Shown: positions 11,861-24,277, counted from the first letter of the stretch. The stretch: 53,246 bases of DNA from Chiloscyllium plagiosum (GCF_004010195.1 NC_057718.1:100028505-100081750), one strand, 5' to 3'. Notes: generated by a model from the letters alone, not told the origin. Numbers and translations are program-made.

Positions 11861-13221
11861 CCTTGACTCAGCGCACAATCTGGCCTTGATATTCCGGTCT
11901 TGAGAATGTTCAATACCATTATTGCTAAATGACTGGCATGAAACACGATGGTTTCTCGCTCAATCCGTCATGTAGATTGGGGGTCGTCAAGAGGTGGATC
12001 TGAGGGTCACAAATTGGAATGCCGGTTGATGAATTAGTGGAGCTATCTCCGGATAAAATGCACAGTATCTGCCATAAATCCTCAGCTCAGTATTGAGTTC
12101 AAAAACACACACCTCAGCATTAACTGCAACGATTTCCATTCCAGTGCTGCCTGAACAGCACTAGTGCTGGACGCCCATTGGGACCAGGGCTCTTTACCGT
12201 TCACCTTGCCATCGGTTAGAGAGCAGGTAACCACTTCACTGACTGCGAAAGAGCAAACTCTACTGTCGAGCCAGTGTCAGTGGCGGAGACCGCTGTGTTT
12301 TTGTCAACTTAGGTACCCTCTGCAGCCAACCAACCACTGGCTCGACTGAAGACTGTCAGGGAATGGAAGGTAGTTGTCCTAGGTCAGCCTGAGAAACGTG
12401 GAGCTGTCTGACCAGGACAGCATCTAGGCTGCTGGGAGTCACGCTTCACAGGATCCCGACCCATCTGAAGCCGCCAGCCAATCAGAGGCCATTGTCCCTG
12501 GAGAACTGGGAGCCATAAGGAGTTGCTCTGGGGAATGGAGTTTTCCTTGGAGGTTGCAGAGTGGTGGTGTTGGGAGTGGCTTCTTATTTTGGGAGATGTG
12601 TTCATGGGGTTTGGAGGCAAGGGAAGGGGCCGGAGCTTCCAAAGGCCATTACATCTGCCTCTCCCTCCAACCATGCCCACCTACAGTACCCAGATTGGGG
12701 CAAATGGAGCCCCCCCAACCGCCTCCCACACCAACTCCTCTACATTGTCCCTCCCCTCACCACCCTGGCAGACATATGGACATGGAGATGAGAAAAAGGA
12801 TTAGGCAGAGAATACCATAGGCTTCCACTCGCTGAGTGAAGACATTTCTCCTCATCTCAACCCTAAGCGGCCCACCCCTTACCCTTACACTGTGAGCATT
12901 CTGCTTTCCTGTCAGGAGAGCAACCACTATCCCTGCCAGGGAGACAGGTAATTGGGCCAGTGACAGATTGAGGCCCATATGTGGCTGTCAATTAAGGGCC
13001 TAACTCGATGATGGCTTGGGAAGGTCTCCACTGGAACTTCCTGCCTACAGCTTGGTTGCTGAGATGGTGAGAAGATGGAAGGCAACTGTCCAGTGCCAAT
13101 CTACCCCAATATGTGTCCTCACTGCCACTTCTAGGAAGGTGAAGCTCATGCCCCGTGGGTCCAATGCTTCCTCCTGTCATGATCTCCCCTTCTCGGAACT
13201 CCACAATCTATCCTAATCAAC

Positions 13222-13340
13222 AAGGTAGAAGTGGATACTGCAGATGCTGGAGATTAGAGTTAAGATTAGAGTGGAGCTGGAAAGGCACAGCAGGTCAGGC
13301 AACATCTGAGGAGCAGGAAAATCAACATTTCGGGCAGAAG
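13222..13340 (-). mobile_element. Penelope pLTR fragment (subfamily A)
   Basis: ctgcagatgctggag..caggtcaggcaacatc; cctaatcaa duplicated on the flanks. Confidence 0.8.
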
Positions 13341-13500
13341 CCTAATCAATAATCAACACATGCGGTTCGGAGAGCTGCCTTGAAAGGTATACTTGTTTCA
13401 CCTTTTTTGCCATGATGGATGTCAATGTTCAGAACAATTAGCCTCTGTCAAAGCATTAGCAGGTTTCTGCTGAGATTTTGATCCAGAGAACCTGAGAGAA

Positions 13501-13630
13501 CTTTCTGATGAAGGGTTTTTGCCCAATATGTAAATTTTCCTGCTCCTCAGATGCTGCCTGACCTGCTGTGCTTTTCCAGCACCACACTCTCAACTCTAAT
13601 CTCCAGAATATGCAGTCCTCACTTCCACCT
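13501..13630 (+). mobile_element. Penelope pLTR fragment (subfamily A), degenerate hammerhead
   Basis: ctgatgaagggtttttgccc..gatgctgcctgacctgctgtgcttttccagcacc. Confidence 0.8.
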
Positions 13631-13679
13631 AGAACGTTCTAGATGCCTACAACAGCTTGAGGAGCATAATTTGTCTTTG

Positions 13680-14055
13680 AGGAACACCACCAGGAATTGT
13701 GAGGTGTGCATTCCCAAAGTTAATCTCATTGTTAACGGGTCAAACCTTGAGAGAACTCGGCTGAGAGACTGCCTCCTCTGGGTGGAACGTCTAGAACTAG
13801 GGGTCACAGGGTCAGGAGAAACAGGTGGCCATTCATGCCTGAGATGAAGACAAACTTCACTCATTGACCCCGGAACGCCATGGTTGCTCTGTGACTGGGG
13901 CATGTCCGCAACTGAGATCCAGAACGTTTTGAATACCCAGAGAATCTAGGAATAAGGAAGTTCAGGTAAGAGAATTAATTGAGGTGAAAGTCTGGCCATG
14001 CTCTTGGGTACATGGCAAAGCAAGTTCGATGGATGGATTTGGCTCTTATTTCTTA
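13680..14055 (+). mobile_element. Highly degenerate CR1 3' end
   Basis: gtctagaactaggggtcacag..gagatgaagacaaacttc and tail remnants. Confidence 0.6.
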
Positions 14056-14167
14056 CAATTTCATATTGAATGATTATACATAATTCAAAGATATATGTAA
14101 TAAATATAAATGAACATCAAATGTTAAGTGATGATTTTGTAAGCTTTTTTAGGACTTTTTCACTACA

Positions 14168-14256
14168 GTTGTCATGGCAACCTCAGGCCTGGAGAGGCTG
14201 GTCATCCTTGCTGCTATAGGCCTTTGATGTGTATTTCCATCTTTCTCCATGGTAAC
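14168..14256. promoter_or_regulatory. Candidate regulatory cluster: two RFX X-box-like sites flanking a TCF/LEF site
   Basis: gttgtcatggcaac (14168-14181, one mismatch from GTTGCCATGGCAAC), cctttgatg (14221-14229), ttctccatggtaac (14243-14256); lies in non-repeat DNA. Confidence 0.4.
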
Positions 14257-15154
14257 ATCTCACTGGGGTGCAGTGACAAAGCAAGAACTGTACCAGGGAA
14301 GACATTCCACCTTTCCAAAGTCATCCTGGAGGAAAACTTGCTTCTAACGTTCCTGTTGTTAAAAGAGGCCTCTGGATGGCTTAAGTGTCAGATCAAACAA
14401 AATGCTCCTTTAAGATGGAAATGAAACACACTTAGACTTGATTTGTTTAATCGCCACCAAGATAAATCCACAATTGAATCCTCAGTCCTTCAGACTTTTA
14501 CCTTGAATCGCTCAACTTATTGGAACATCGACAGAATTACAGTCAGATGTAAATCTCCCGAGGTTTGGCCAACGATTGCCAAGAATCAAGTGCCAATAAA
14601 GGAGCTTTTAGCAGTAACCTTTCACAAATCTATCTAGTGGTTGTCGCAGAGATAACAAGAGCTTTGGGAACGATGCAGATAATTGAAATTCATTATTAGA
14701 TCCTGGAATGATTTCATAAACATTTGAGAGCATCAAACTGAGAGATAATTGCAGGTTTATTCAGCAAACCAGCTTCTCTATCCAATAAATGCGTACTTTA
14801 ATGTGTTTGTAATTCTTCAAGTTGTGGTAGAAATACTCAAATGTTCAGTGTTGAGCATCAGAGTGAAAGTCTCAAGAGGTCAGAATTTGGTAGCTTTGTA
14901 ATAATTTGCTCTTATCTTGTTTTAATTTGACTTCAGTGCTCTCACGAACATAAAGGGCAGAATAATAAGTATCTCTGCAGACACTGGAGTTGGAATTTTC
15001 ATCCCAGTTGGGCATAAACACCAATGTTAATGGGCAGCAGTACACAGAGGAAGGTCGCATATCTCCACATTGATGGGCTGGGGTAGGGAATCCCTCTTCA
15101 CAATAAGGAAGCATTTATCTTCAATGGTTTATTGAGGTTTTGTTGCATTTTACT

Positions 15155-15350
15155 GAGGTGCAGTTTGGAGTGCCTGTGCCTCTGAGCCCAAAGCCCTGAG
15201 TTCATGTCCCACTCCAGGATCCGAGAGTCAAGAGAGGTATCTTCACAGTGTGGCTCAAACAGAGTTTCGACCCGCAAACCCTTCTGGCGCATGTGGACGG
15301 TGGACGGTGCGAGTGGGAGAGAATCCTGGTCAGCAGTGAGATGGTAAGAA
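15155..15350 (+). mobile_element. Old tRNA-derived SINE
   Basis: gcctctgagccc..ctgagttcatgtcccact B-box-like head, similar to 46998-47105. Confidence 0.45.
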
Positions 15351-15674
15351 AGTTAGGGTTTCTCCAGTCACTATCCATCGCATGCCTGTAAAAGGTGTCC
15401 AAAGGCACAGCAACACGGAGACCTCGGTGTGCTCCATTGACCTGAAGGCCAGTGTGGATCGGACGGATGTCAGCAGCACAGGGTTCAATCCCTGATCCGG
15501 CTGGAATGGGATCAGTGCCCCCTTGCCCAGCTCCCTCTGGAGACCATGGCATTTTGGATCGAAAATCCTTGCAGCAATGACTGCGAGAAGAAGTAAAGAG
15601 ATTTAGTCTGGGATGGATTTTTAGCACAAATGCCATCTCAAACCTCTGTACTTTACTCACGGAGTAAAGATAAG

Positions 15675-15838
15675 CTCACTGTGGACCATAGGGTAGCTCT
15701 CTCATTAAAGAGAGACAGCTGGTGGTGAGTTTAATCTGAGGGTCATCACGCCTCAATTGAGGGGCAAGACTGAGAGGAAGGACCTTCACAGTAACCTCAG
15801 CCAGTGCGGGGATTGAACCCATGCTGTTGGCATCACAA
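15675..15838 (-). mobile_element. tRNA-derived SINE with a distinct central domain
   Basis: Minus strand gggttcaatccc (B box)..tgaggcgtgatgaccctcagattaaactcaccaccag; a related head lies on + at about 15465-15500. Confidence 0.55.
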
Positions 15839-15929
15839 ACTCCTCAGGAGGTTTGTGATTATGGAGATTTGTGTACCAACTCCAAAAACTTCATGTTGGA
15901 GAATTTCTTTCCTTTATTCTTTCACCAGA

Positions 15930-16100
15930 CACGGCCAACACTAGCAAGGGCAACACTTATCGTCTGTCCTCACTTGCCCCTTGAGAAGGTGAGTGTGAGC
16001 TGCTGCAGGTTGTGTACTGTAGGTTCATCCATACTGCCCTTTGGGAGGGAATTCCAGGATTTTGACCCAGTGACACTGAAGGAACTGTCCTTTAGATTCA
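15930..16100 (-). mobile_element. L2/Crack-like LINE 3' end
   Basis: ttgcccttgagaaggtg..gggaattccaggattttgacccagtgacactgaaggaac is the reverse complement of 47990-48120. Confidence 0.7.
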
Positions 16101-16110
16101 ACATTGAGTT

Positions 16111-16431
16111 TTAGATTAGATTCCATGCAGTATGGAAGCAGGCCTTTCAGCCCAACAAGTCCACACCAGACCCTCTGAAGAGTAACCCACCTAGATCCAT
16201 TCCCTACCCTATATTTACCCCTGATTAATGCACTTAACACTATGGGTAATTTAGCATGGCCAATTCACCTGACCAGTACATCTTTGAATTGTGGGAGGAG
16301 ACCGGAGCACCCGGAGGAAACCCACGCAGACACGGGGAGAATGTGCAAACTCCACACAGTCAGTCGCCTGAGGATGGAATTGAACCCGGGTCTCTGGCGC
16401 TGTGAGGCAGCAGTGCTAACCACTGAGCCAC
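16111..16431 (-). mobile_element. HE1 V-SINE (aatct-tail type)
   Basis: Full V domain on the minus strand; ttagattagatt tail. Confidence 0.92.
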
Positions 16432-16699
16432 GCCTTTAACAGCTTTAGTTCAACATCTTTAGATCAGAACCTCTCCCTCCACCTCATATTTTCTTCTCTT
16501 TTGTGGAAGTGAACTTGTCTTGTTTCTTCATGTTTCAATCTGATGGTGTTTATGCAGCAACTTGCACCACATTTAGACACAATCTTATTTGTCTTTATCT
16601 GTTACTACTTATTTTGCCAGTTTCATCACCAAATCTGTTTAATCTCCGTTGGTCCCTACCCTACCCTACCCTACCCACTGATCTCCTTTGTTCTTACTG

Positions 16700-17228
16700 C
16701 CTTTTCTGGTCTCCCTGCTATAGGAAAGATGTTGTGAAACTTGAAAGGGTTCAGAAAAGATTTACCAGGATGTTGCCAGGGTTGGAGGATCTGAGCTACA
16801 GGGAGAGGCTGAACAGGTTGGGGCTGTTTTCCCTGGAGCGTCGGAGGCTGAGGAGTGACATTATAGAGGTTTACAAAATTGTGAGGGGCATGGATAGAGT
16901 GAATAGCCAAGGTCTTTTCCCTGGGGTGGGGCAGTCCAAAACTAGAGGGCATAGGTTTAAGGTGAGAGGGGAAAGATTTAAAAGGGACCTAAGGGGCCAC
17001 TTTTTCATGCAGAGGGTAGTGCATGTGTGGAATGAGCTGCCAGAGGAAGAGGCTGGTACAGTTACAACATTTAAAAGGCATCTGGATGGGTATATGAATA
17101 GAAAGGGTTTGGAGGAATTTGGTCAAGTGCTGGCAAATGGGACAACATTAATTTAGGATATCTGGTCGGCATGGAAGGGTTGAATCAAAGAGTCTGTTTC
17201 TGTGCTGGACGTCTCTCTGGCTCTGTAA
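16700..17228 (+). mobile_element. CR1/HER1 3' fragment
   Basis: FWSPCYRKDVVKLERVQKRFTRMLPGLEDLSYRERLNRLGLFSLERRRLR..QRVVHVWNELP (ORF2 C-terminus) plus tail. Confidence 0.95.
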
Positions 17229-17834
17229 AAGGCATAACAAACATGTTAAGCAATAGCATAATAATATCATTGATAGTTACAACTATCTTCAAACTATAGC
17301 TTCAACTCCATTTGTACTGCCTGCTTCAGACTATTTCCCTGTTAATTTGTTTCAGAACTCTGGAGAAACCTTCAACCTGACTTCCTGTCACAGGCTTATT
17401 CTTTTCATTCTTAACATGAGGACCTGCCCTTTGAAGCCTGAAGAGCTGGATAAATGAGATAAATTGGCTCTGCGGTAGATTTTAATCCAAACAAAGGCTG
17501 CGTTAATTCACAGCAGTCCAGAAAAGATGGAAAAGGATTGTCTGATTGCCCATCATTCATTGAACATATCCAGTCAGAGTGACTGTTAGCAAGAGGATTA
17601 ATCAAATGTGAGGCAGAAACTCAAGGAAGCACATGTGATGAAAAATCCAAACCCATTATTCTAACCTTGATTAACGCATTGGTAAGTTGTGACTGGAATA
17701 TTATGCACAATATGAGCGTAAAAACCTTCAAAATCCTATTGAGTGAGGAGGGAGGAACAAAGCTGTTCCCACGACTTAAGACTCAAAGTTATCAAAGCAG
17801 TAACAAGGTTTCCAAGGGCAGAGACCTCCAAAGT

Positions 17835-18162
17835 GGATGGCATAGTGGCTCAGTGGTTAGCACTGCTGCCTCACGGTGCCAGGGACCCAGGTTCGATTCC
17901 AGCCTCAGGCAACTTCCTGTGTGGAGTTTGCACATTCTCCCCATGTCTGCGTGGGTTTCCTCCCACAATCCAAAATATGTGGAGGTTAGGATGGAATAGC
18001 CATTCTAAATTTCCCATGGTGTTCAGGGATGTGTAGGTTCAGTTCATTAGTCAGGGGTAGATATAGGGTTAAGGGAATGGGTCTAGGAGGGCTAGTCTTC
18101 GGAGGGTCGGTGTGGACTTGTTGGGCCAAATGGCCTCTCCCACACTGTAGGGTTTCTATGAT
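17835..18162 (+). mobile_element. HE1 V-SINE
   Basis: A/B boxes, V domain, ctatga tail. Confidence 0.92.
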
Positions 18163-18312
18163 TAATCCATGTGCTTTCTGATAGGGACATAGCAATAGAG
18201 GATGAAATTGGCCTTCTGAGCCTCTAAACATTTGTTATGTCTAAACGTCTCCCTGAGCACCAACATGCTGCCTTGTTTCCATATCCCTGATTCTCTTAGG
18301 CCCAAAGACTTG

Positions 18313-18573
18313 TCACAGAATCCCTACAGTGTGGAAGCAGGCCATCCGAACCATCGAGTCCATACTGACCCACCGAAGAGCATCTTGCCCCTATAACTCT
18401 ACATTTCCTATGGCCTAATCCACCTAGCCTATCCATTGTTGGAGTGCAGGAAGAAACCTGTGCAGACACGGGGAGAATGTGCAAACTCCACATAGACAGT
18501 CATCTGAGAGTGGAACTGAACCCACTTCCCTGGCACTGTGAGGCAGCAGTGCTAACCACTGAGCCACAATGCC
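18313..18573 (-). mobile_element. HE1 V-SINE (internally deleted)
   Basis: Reverse complement of the HE1 pattern. Confidence 0.9.
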
Positions 18574-18619
18574 ATGTCAAAGGCTGTTGATTGCGGCTTT
18601 GAATATACTCAACGGTGGA

Positions 18620-18930
18620 AAATCCTCAGCTCCTGGGAATGGAGTATTCCAAAGACTTGCAACTCCCACCATGAATGAAGAAATTTCTCTTCATCCCAGT
18701 CCTAAATGGCCAATCCTTTATTCGGAGAACGTGAGTGTGCATTGTTGATTGTCTGACCAGGAGTAAGATTCCTTACCACCTCCTCTTGTCATGCCCTTTG
18801 AGAATGTTACGCTTCAATAAGATCACATCTCAATCTTCTAAATTCCAGGAAAGGCAGGATTAATCTACTCAACAATTTCAGGACAATCCACTCATCTGAG
18901 GAGTTCATTTGTCAAACCATTGTTGTATTC
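18620..18930 (-). mobile_element. Degenerate CR1 fragment
   Basis: gaagaaatttctcttcatc..gtttcaataagatcac-like remnants. Confidence 0.6.
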
Positions 18931-19139
18931 CCTTGAGGGGACAGAACATTCTCAATCTCTCAATCGTTGGCTCTCCCATCTCCATGCCCAAATGGCCCAC
19001 ATAGCAACATCTATCGCCATTGGACATCCTTCGGATCAAGGAATAGGAAAACACAGGAATTTACCAACAAGTTCTTTGTGACAATCCTCATCTGACAAAT
19101 GACAGAGGTTGAAGTTCCACAATGCAAGTGGTCTTTACA

Positions 19140-20345
19140 GTCATAGAGTCTTGGAGACGTACAGCATGGAAACACACCCTTTGGTCCAACCCGTCCATGC
19201 CGACCAGATATCCCAACCCAATCTAGTCCCACCTGCCAGCACCCGGCCCATATCCCTCCAAACCCTTCCTATTCATATACCCATCCAAATGCCTTTTAAA
19301 TGCTGTAATTGTACCAGCCTCCACCACATCCTCTGGCAGCACATTCCATACACATACCACCCTCTGTGTGAAGAAGTTGCCCCTTAGGTCTCTTGTATAT
19401 CTTTCTGCTCTCGCTCTAACCCTATGCCCTTTAGTTTTGGACTCCCCCACCTAAGGGAAAAAACTTTGCCTATTTATCCACGCCCCTCATGATTTTATAA
19501 GCCTCTGTAAGGTCACCCCTCAGCCTCTGACGCTCCAGGGAAAACAGCCCCGCCTGTTCAGCCTCTCCCTCTAGCACAAACCCTCCAAACCTGGTAACAT
19601 CCTTGTAAATCTTTTCTGAACCCTTTCAAGTTTCACAACATCTTTCCAATAGGAAGGAGACCTGAAATGCACCCATTATTCCTAACCAATGTCCTGTACA
19701 GCTGCAACATGACCTCCCAACTCCTGTACTCAATACTCTGACCAATAAAGGAAAGCATACCAAATGCCTTCTTCACTATCCTATCTACCTGCGACTCCAC
19801 TTTCAAGGAGCTATGAACCTGCACTCCAAGGTCTCTTTGTTCAGCAACACTCCCTAGGACCTTACCATTAAGTGTATAAGTCCTGCTCAGATTTGCTTTC
19901 CCAAAATGCAGCACCTCACATTTATCTAAATTAAACTCCATCTGCCACTCCTCAGCCCATTGGCCCATCTGGTCCAGATCCTGTTGTAATCTGAGGTAAC
20001 CTTCTTCGCTGTCCACTACACCCCAAATTTTGGTGTCATCAGCAAACTTACTAACTATACCTCTTACGCTCACATCCAAATCATTTATATAAATGACAAA
20101 AAGTAGTGGACCCAGCACCGATCCTTGTGGCACTCCACTGGCCACAGGCCTCCAACCTGAAAAACAACCCTCCACCACCACCTTTGAGCCAGTTCTGTAT
20201 CCAAATGGCTAGTTCTCCCTGTATTCCATGAGATCTAACCTTGCTAACCAGACTCCCATGGGGATCCTTGTTGAAAGCCTTACTGAAGTCCATATAGATC
20301 ATATCTACCACTCTGCCCTCATCAATCCTCTTTGTTACTTCTTCA
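19140..20345 (-). mobile_element. CR1/HER1 LINE, 5'-truncated, RT domain to tail
   Basis: YMDFSKAF, GVPQGSVLGPLLFVIYINDLD, KFADDTK, FNLDKCEVLHFG motifs with frameshifts and deletions; ctctatgac tail. Confidence 0.95.
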
Positions 20346-20419
20346 ACCTGCTGGTCAGGTCACAGTAGAGCAGTAGAAGCTCGAAATAAATTGGTTTGTG
20401 ACTACTTGTAGATCAGGTT

Positions 20420-20570
20420 ACAATATTTAAAAGACATTTGGACAGTTACATGGATTGGAAATACTTAAAGGGATATGGGCCAAATGCGAGCAAATTGATC
20501 TAGATTAGTTTGGGAAACTTGTTCGGCAAGGATGGGTGGGGCTGTTTCTGTGCTGTATAACTCTATGCCT
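20420..20570 (+). mobile_element. CR1 3' tail
   Basis: tttaaaagacatttggacag..ctgtttctgtgctgtataactctatg. Confidence 0.75.
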
Positions 20571-21199
20571 CCAGGTTCCTTAAATAGACATTCAATCCTC
20601 CGTCACAGCAGTCATACACAGCACTTCTTCCAATAGATAGCAGGGAACAGCTGAGGATCATAAAGTCAATCTGGTTTCAGTTGTCCTTCACATGATTTAG
20701 TCTGATGGACATTCATTTCCCACTCAATAAAGAGGAACAAGTCCAATTTCAGCACCATGTCTTGCAACTTAAGACAGTAAGGCCTCTCACCCTCACTTCT
20801 CAAATCCCCTCAGCTCCTACATACCTCCCAGTCCACATTTTTGATACCTCTCCACCCCACCCCCCCTCATGGATGGTGAGAGGTCTTGGTGCATGGGGTG
20901 ATGGGTCTAGTTTGGCAGGAAGTAGGGGAGACTTGGGTATGGCCTCTTGAACCTAATCCAGGTCGTGGTTCATAACACCTCTAGCATACTGGAAGCGCAG
21001 AGTCCTTGAGAAACTCCATGGACATTGTGGAGGAGTAGCTCAGGGGTCTATAGAATGCTCCTGTCCAGACACAGGTTGATGCAAGGTCATTGAGGCAGAG
21101 ATGGGGAAATGGGGAAACAGGGAAGTCAATGGTCATTGGGAATGTGGCTGTCGTGGAGAATATGGGAATTGGAATAGTCAACAGACTCACAGACGTGCC

Positions 21200-21660
21200 T
21201 ATTGCCAGTTTGAGGACACAGTTTCAAATCCCTCCACAGAAGTGAGTGGAATTTAAGTTCAATTAACAAATTAACAATAGAAAGTGAGTCTTAGTAACAA
21301 TTACCATTAACCAAGCTGCTCACCAATGCCCATTAGGGACAGAGCATAGTAGGAACCATGTACCCCACTGCCTGTAAGGGAGGGAGAGGCAAAAACTCTC
21401 ATTACATTTAAGAAATAATTAAATGTGCACGTCTGATGCCAAAACACACAGGGCTATGGGGGAAGTTCTGGAAAATGGGATTAGAACAGTTAGATGTTTG
21501 TTTTTAAACCAGTGTGGATAGGATAGGCTGAAAGGCCTTTTTCTGTGCTATAGACCCCATGACTCAATGATGTTAATTCAGCCCTCCTTACCCAGTCTGG
21601 GCTATATGTATTTCAGACACAGAGTGAGGTGGTTAACTGTTAACTGCCCTTCAAAATGTA
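21200..21660 (+). mobile_element. SINE with L2/Crack-like tail, interrupted by a CR1 3' fragment (about 21345-21567)
   Basis: gtttcaaatccc..ggaatttaagttcaat head; ccttacccagtctgg..ttaactgccc body; CR1 tail ctatagaccccatgactc in between. Confidence 0.6.
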
Positions 21661-21699
21661 TCAACAAAACACTTAGGCCAAAATGCTTAAGCCTAAATT

Positions 21700-22210
21700 C
21701 AAAGATGTGTAGGTTAGGGTGGATAGGCTATTCTAAATTATCCATAGTGTCTCAGGGATGTGCAGGTTAGGGTGGATTGGCCATTCTAAATTATCCATAG
21801 TGTCTCAGGGATGTGCAGATTAGGGTGGATTGGCCATGCTAAATTACCCATAGTGTCCCAAGGATGTGCAGGTTACGATGGATTGGCCATGGTAAATTGT
21901 CCCATAGTATCCAGGGATGTGCAGGTTAGAGTGGATTGGCCATGGTAAATGACCCAAAGTGCCCCAGGGATGTGCAGGTTAAGGTGGATTGGCCATGCTA
22001 AATGACCCATAGTGTCCCAGGGATGTGCACGTTAGGATGGATTGACAATGCTAAATTACACATTGTGTCCCAGGGATGTGCAGGTTAGGAGGGATTGGCC
22101 ATCTAAATTGCCCATAGTGTCAGGGGATGTGCAGGTTACGGGGGTGGGGTTAGCCATGGGAAATGCAGGGTTATAGGGATATGGCAGAGGGCTGGGTCTG
22201 GGTGGCCTGG
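21700..22210 (+). repeat. 53-bp tandem repeat (8 units plus) expanded from the HE1 SINE internal segment
   Basis: gatgtg recurs at 21704, 21757, 21810, 21863, 21916, 21969, 22022, 22075 and 22126; unit gggatgtgcaggttagggtggattggccatgctaaattgcccatagtgtccca; normal HE1 3' sequence follows. Confidence 0.92.
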
Positions 22211-23119
22211 TCAGAAATGCTTGGGTTCCATGGAAGAATGAAGGAGAGAGTGGCGTTGAGGTGACCACCAGGTGAGCCGTGGTCTTGTGGGAGAGTGGAG
22301 GTGGATAAAGGAGCTGACTGCCTTATTCCTGCTCCTAATTCCCTTCTCCGTATGGAAGTCCTATTCCCAGCTCAGGAACCAGCCAGGTAGGGAATGCATC
22401 CTTTACCCGCACAGGGGATCTCTGGGGATCCTTGGACTGGGATCGGGAACCTCGGAATCAGTATTGCATCCCCAGGGAATCTCCAGTTAATATCTCCTGA
22501 TGTGGCTCGTCTTCCCTGGCAATGGTAACCATAAAGAAGCTTGGGGCATTATACAACAATAAATGTGCTGCATCAATTCGATTGTGGCTCATCCGAACGG
22601 GAAGTGAAATCGGTTCAGTCTACCATTAGCACTGCTCATGGCAAGGAAAGGCAGAACTACAGGAAGCATTTCTCACTCCAGAGACAGCGATGGATTACTA
22701 TGGGAACTCCGACAAAAAACTGAAATAACAGGTAGAAGATTAAATGCATCAGTCAAGGCTTAGAGACACGAACACCAACCGAAAGAGAGTTTGGCTGAGA
22801 GCAGAGTCATCCGACAGGGAAAATCATGTGTTCGACTGCAAATAAGAAAAGCAATCTTGCTTTACTGAGTGGGACCAATACTGGGAGCCAGCTGTCTCAC
22901 TGATTTAATGGGAACTGTTCTTGCAGATCCAAAACATAAAGGCTTTAACCAGGATCGATTTTGTCGATTGGTAATGCTGGAGAAAGGGATGGGATAGTCA
23001 ATTTGATCGGACTGTGTATTGATTTCTTTAGCAGTGAGTTTAATGCATTTGCATCTGCTCATGTGGGCTACGGGAAGGTAGCACTTTTAAAGTCAATACA
23101 AAGTAGGTTTGGAAAGGCA

Positions 23120-23905
23120 GAGCTTCAGAGGGGCAGGAGAGTCATGATAGGTGGATGCAGGTAGGGGGTGGTTGGGATTGGTCGGTGGGAAGGGTGGAGC
23201 AGATAAATGACGAGGAAGATGGACAGGTCAAGGGGGCAGGGAAGAGAGGGAAGGCTGGACGTGGGGTGAGGTTGGAGGGCGAGGGGAGTATATGTTAAGG
23301 TCTGTATGCTCCTGAGGTGGAATATAAGGTTTTGTTCCTCCAGATTGCATGTGGCCTCATTTTGTCAGTGGCGGAGGCCCAGGATGGACATGTGGCCAAG
23401 GGAGTGGGAGGGGGATGGCAATCAGAAGGTAGAGTTGATTGGAGCATGCAGAGCTCAGATGCACCACTAACCAGTCCCTGAGTCTGAGGCTGGTCTCTCC
23501 AATGTAGAGGAGACCACATCAGGAGCAATGGATACAGTAGACCAGGTTGGAAGAAATGCAGGTGAAACTCTGCCAGTGTTGGAAGGATTGTCTGGGGCCT
23601 TGGACGGAGGTGAGATGGGAGGTGTAGGGGCAGGTGTTGCACTTCCTGCGATATTAGGGAAAGGTGTCGGGTGTGGAGGGTTTGGAGGGGAGTGTGGACC
23701 TGACAAGGAAGTCGCGGAGTGAAACGGTCCCTACAGAAAGCAGATAAGGGTGGGGAAGGGAAAACCTGTTTGGTGGTGAGGTCAGACTGCAGGTGGAGAA
23801 AATGATGGAGGATGATACGTAGGATTTGGAGATTGGTGGGGTGGAATGTGAGGACCAGGGAGCTCTCTGTCCTTGGGAGAGGGGGTTTGAGGGCACAGTT
23901 ACTTT
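23120..23905 (-). mobile_element. Penelope-like element (Neptune-type) linker plus GIY-YIG, degenerate
   Basis: Minus strand NLVYCIHCS*CGLLYIGET; SLRDFLVRSTLP..TFP linker; purine-rich + strand. Confidence 0.85.
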
Positions 23906-24249
23906 GTTAAACACTCTTCAAATGTCACAAAGCTACTTCTGAGCTCAAGGAATATTGTAGCATATGAAAATACATTCAAACAAGCAGAAAGAGTAGGCCA
24001 CACTGCCCTTTGACCCTATTTGACAAGCTTATGGCTGATCTGATTTTAATCTCAACTCTATATATCCCTCGATTATCTTGCATTTAAAAAATAGTACATG
24101 GGAACTTTTTTAAAACAAAAGAAAATGTAAAGTGGGTAGTGTATCCATTTAGGTAAAAACAATGACTGCAGATGCTGGAAACCAGATTCTGGATGAGTGG
24201 TGCTGGAAGAGCACAGCAATTCAGGCAGCATCCGAGGAGCAGCAAAATC

Positions 24250-24277
24250 GACGTTTCGGGCAAAAGCCCTTCATCAG
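24250..24277 (-). ncRNA. Minimal hammerhead ribozyme core, intact
   Basis: CUGAUGA-A-GGGC UUUU GCCC-GAAAC-GUC. Confidence 0.75.

Noticed and set aside
12400..13170. GC-richer block with several overlapping ORFs and a CCAAT box
   Set aside because: Contains a CR1 remnant (about 12815-12890) and looks like decayed repeat; cannot be assigned to a family or promoter with confidence.
15202..15660. 152-aa ORF or a + strand exon ending at gatg/gtaaga (about 15343)
   Set aside because: Overlaps SINE-like heads; no recognisable domain.
16503..17156. 217-aa ORF as a host gene
   Set aside because: The C-terminal two-thirds is CR1 ORF2; the N-terminus is AT-rich flank read-through.
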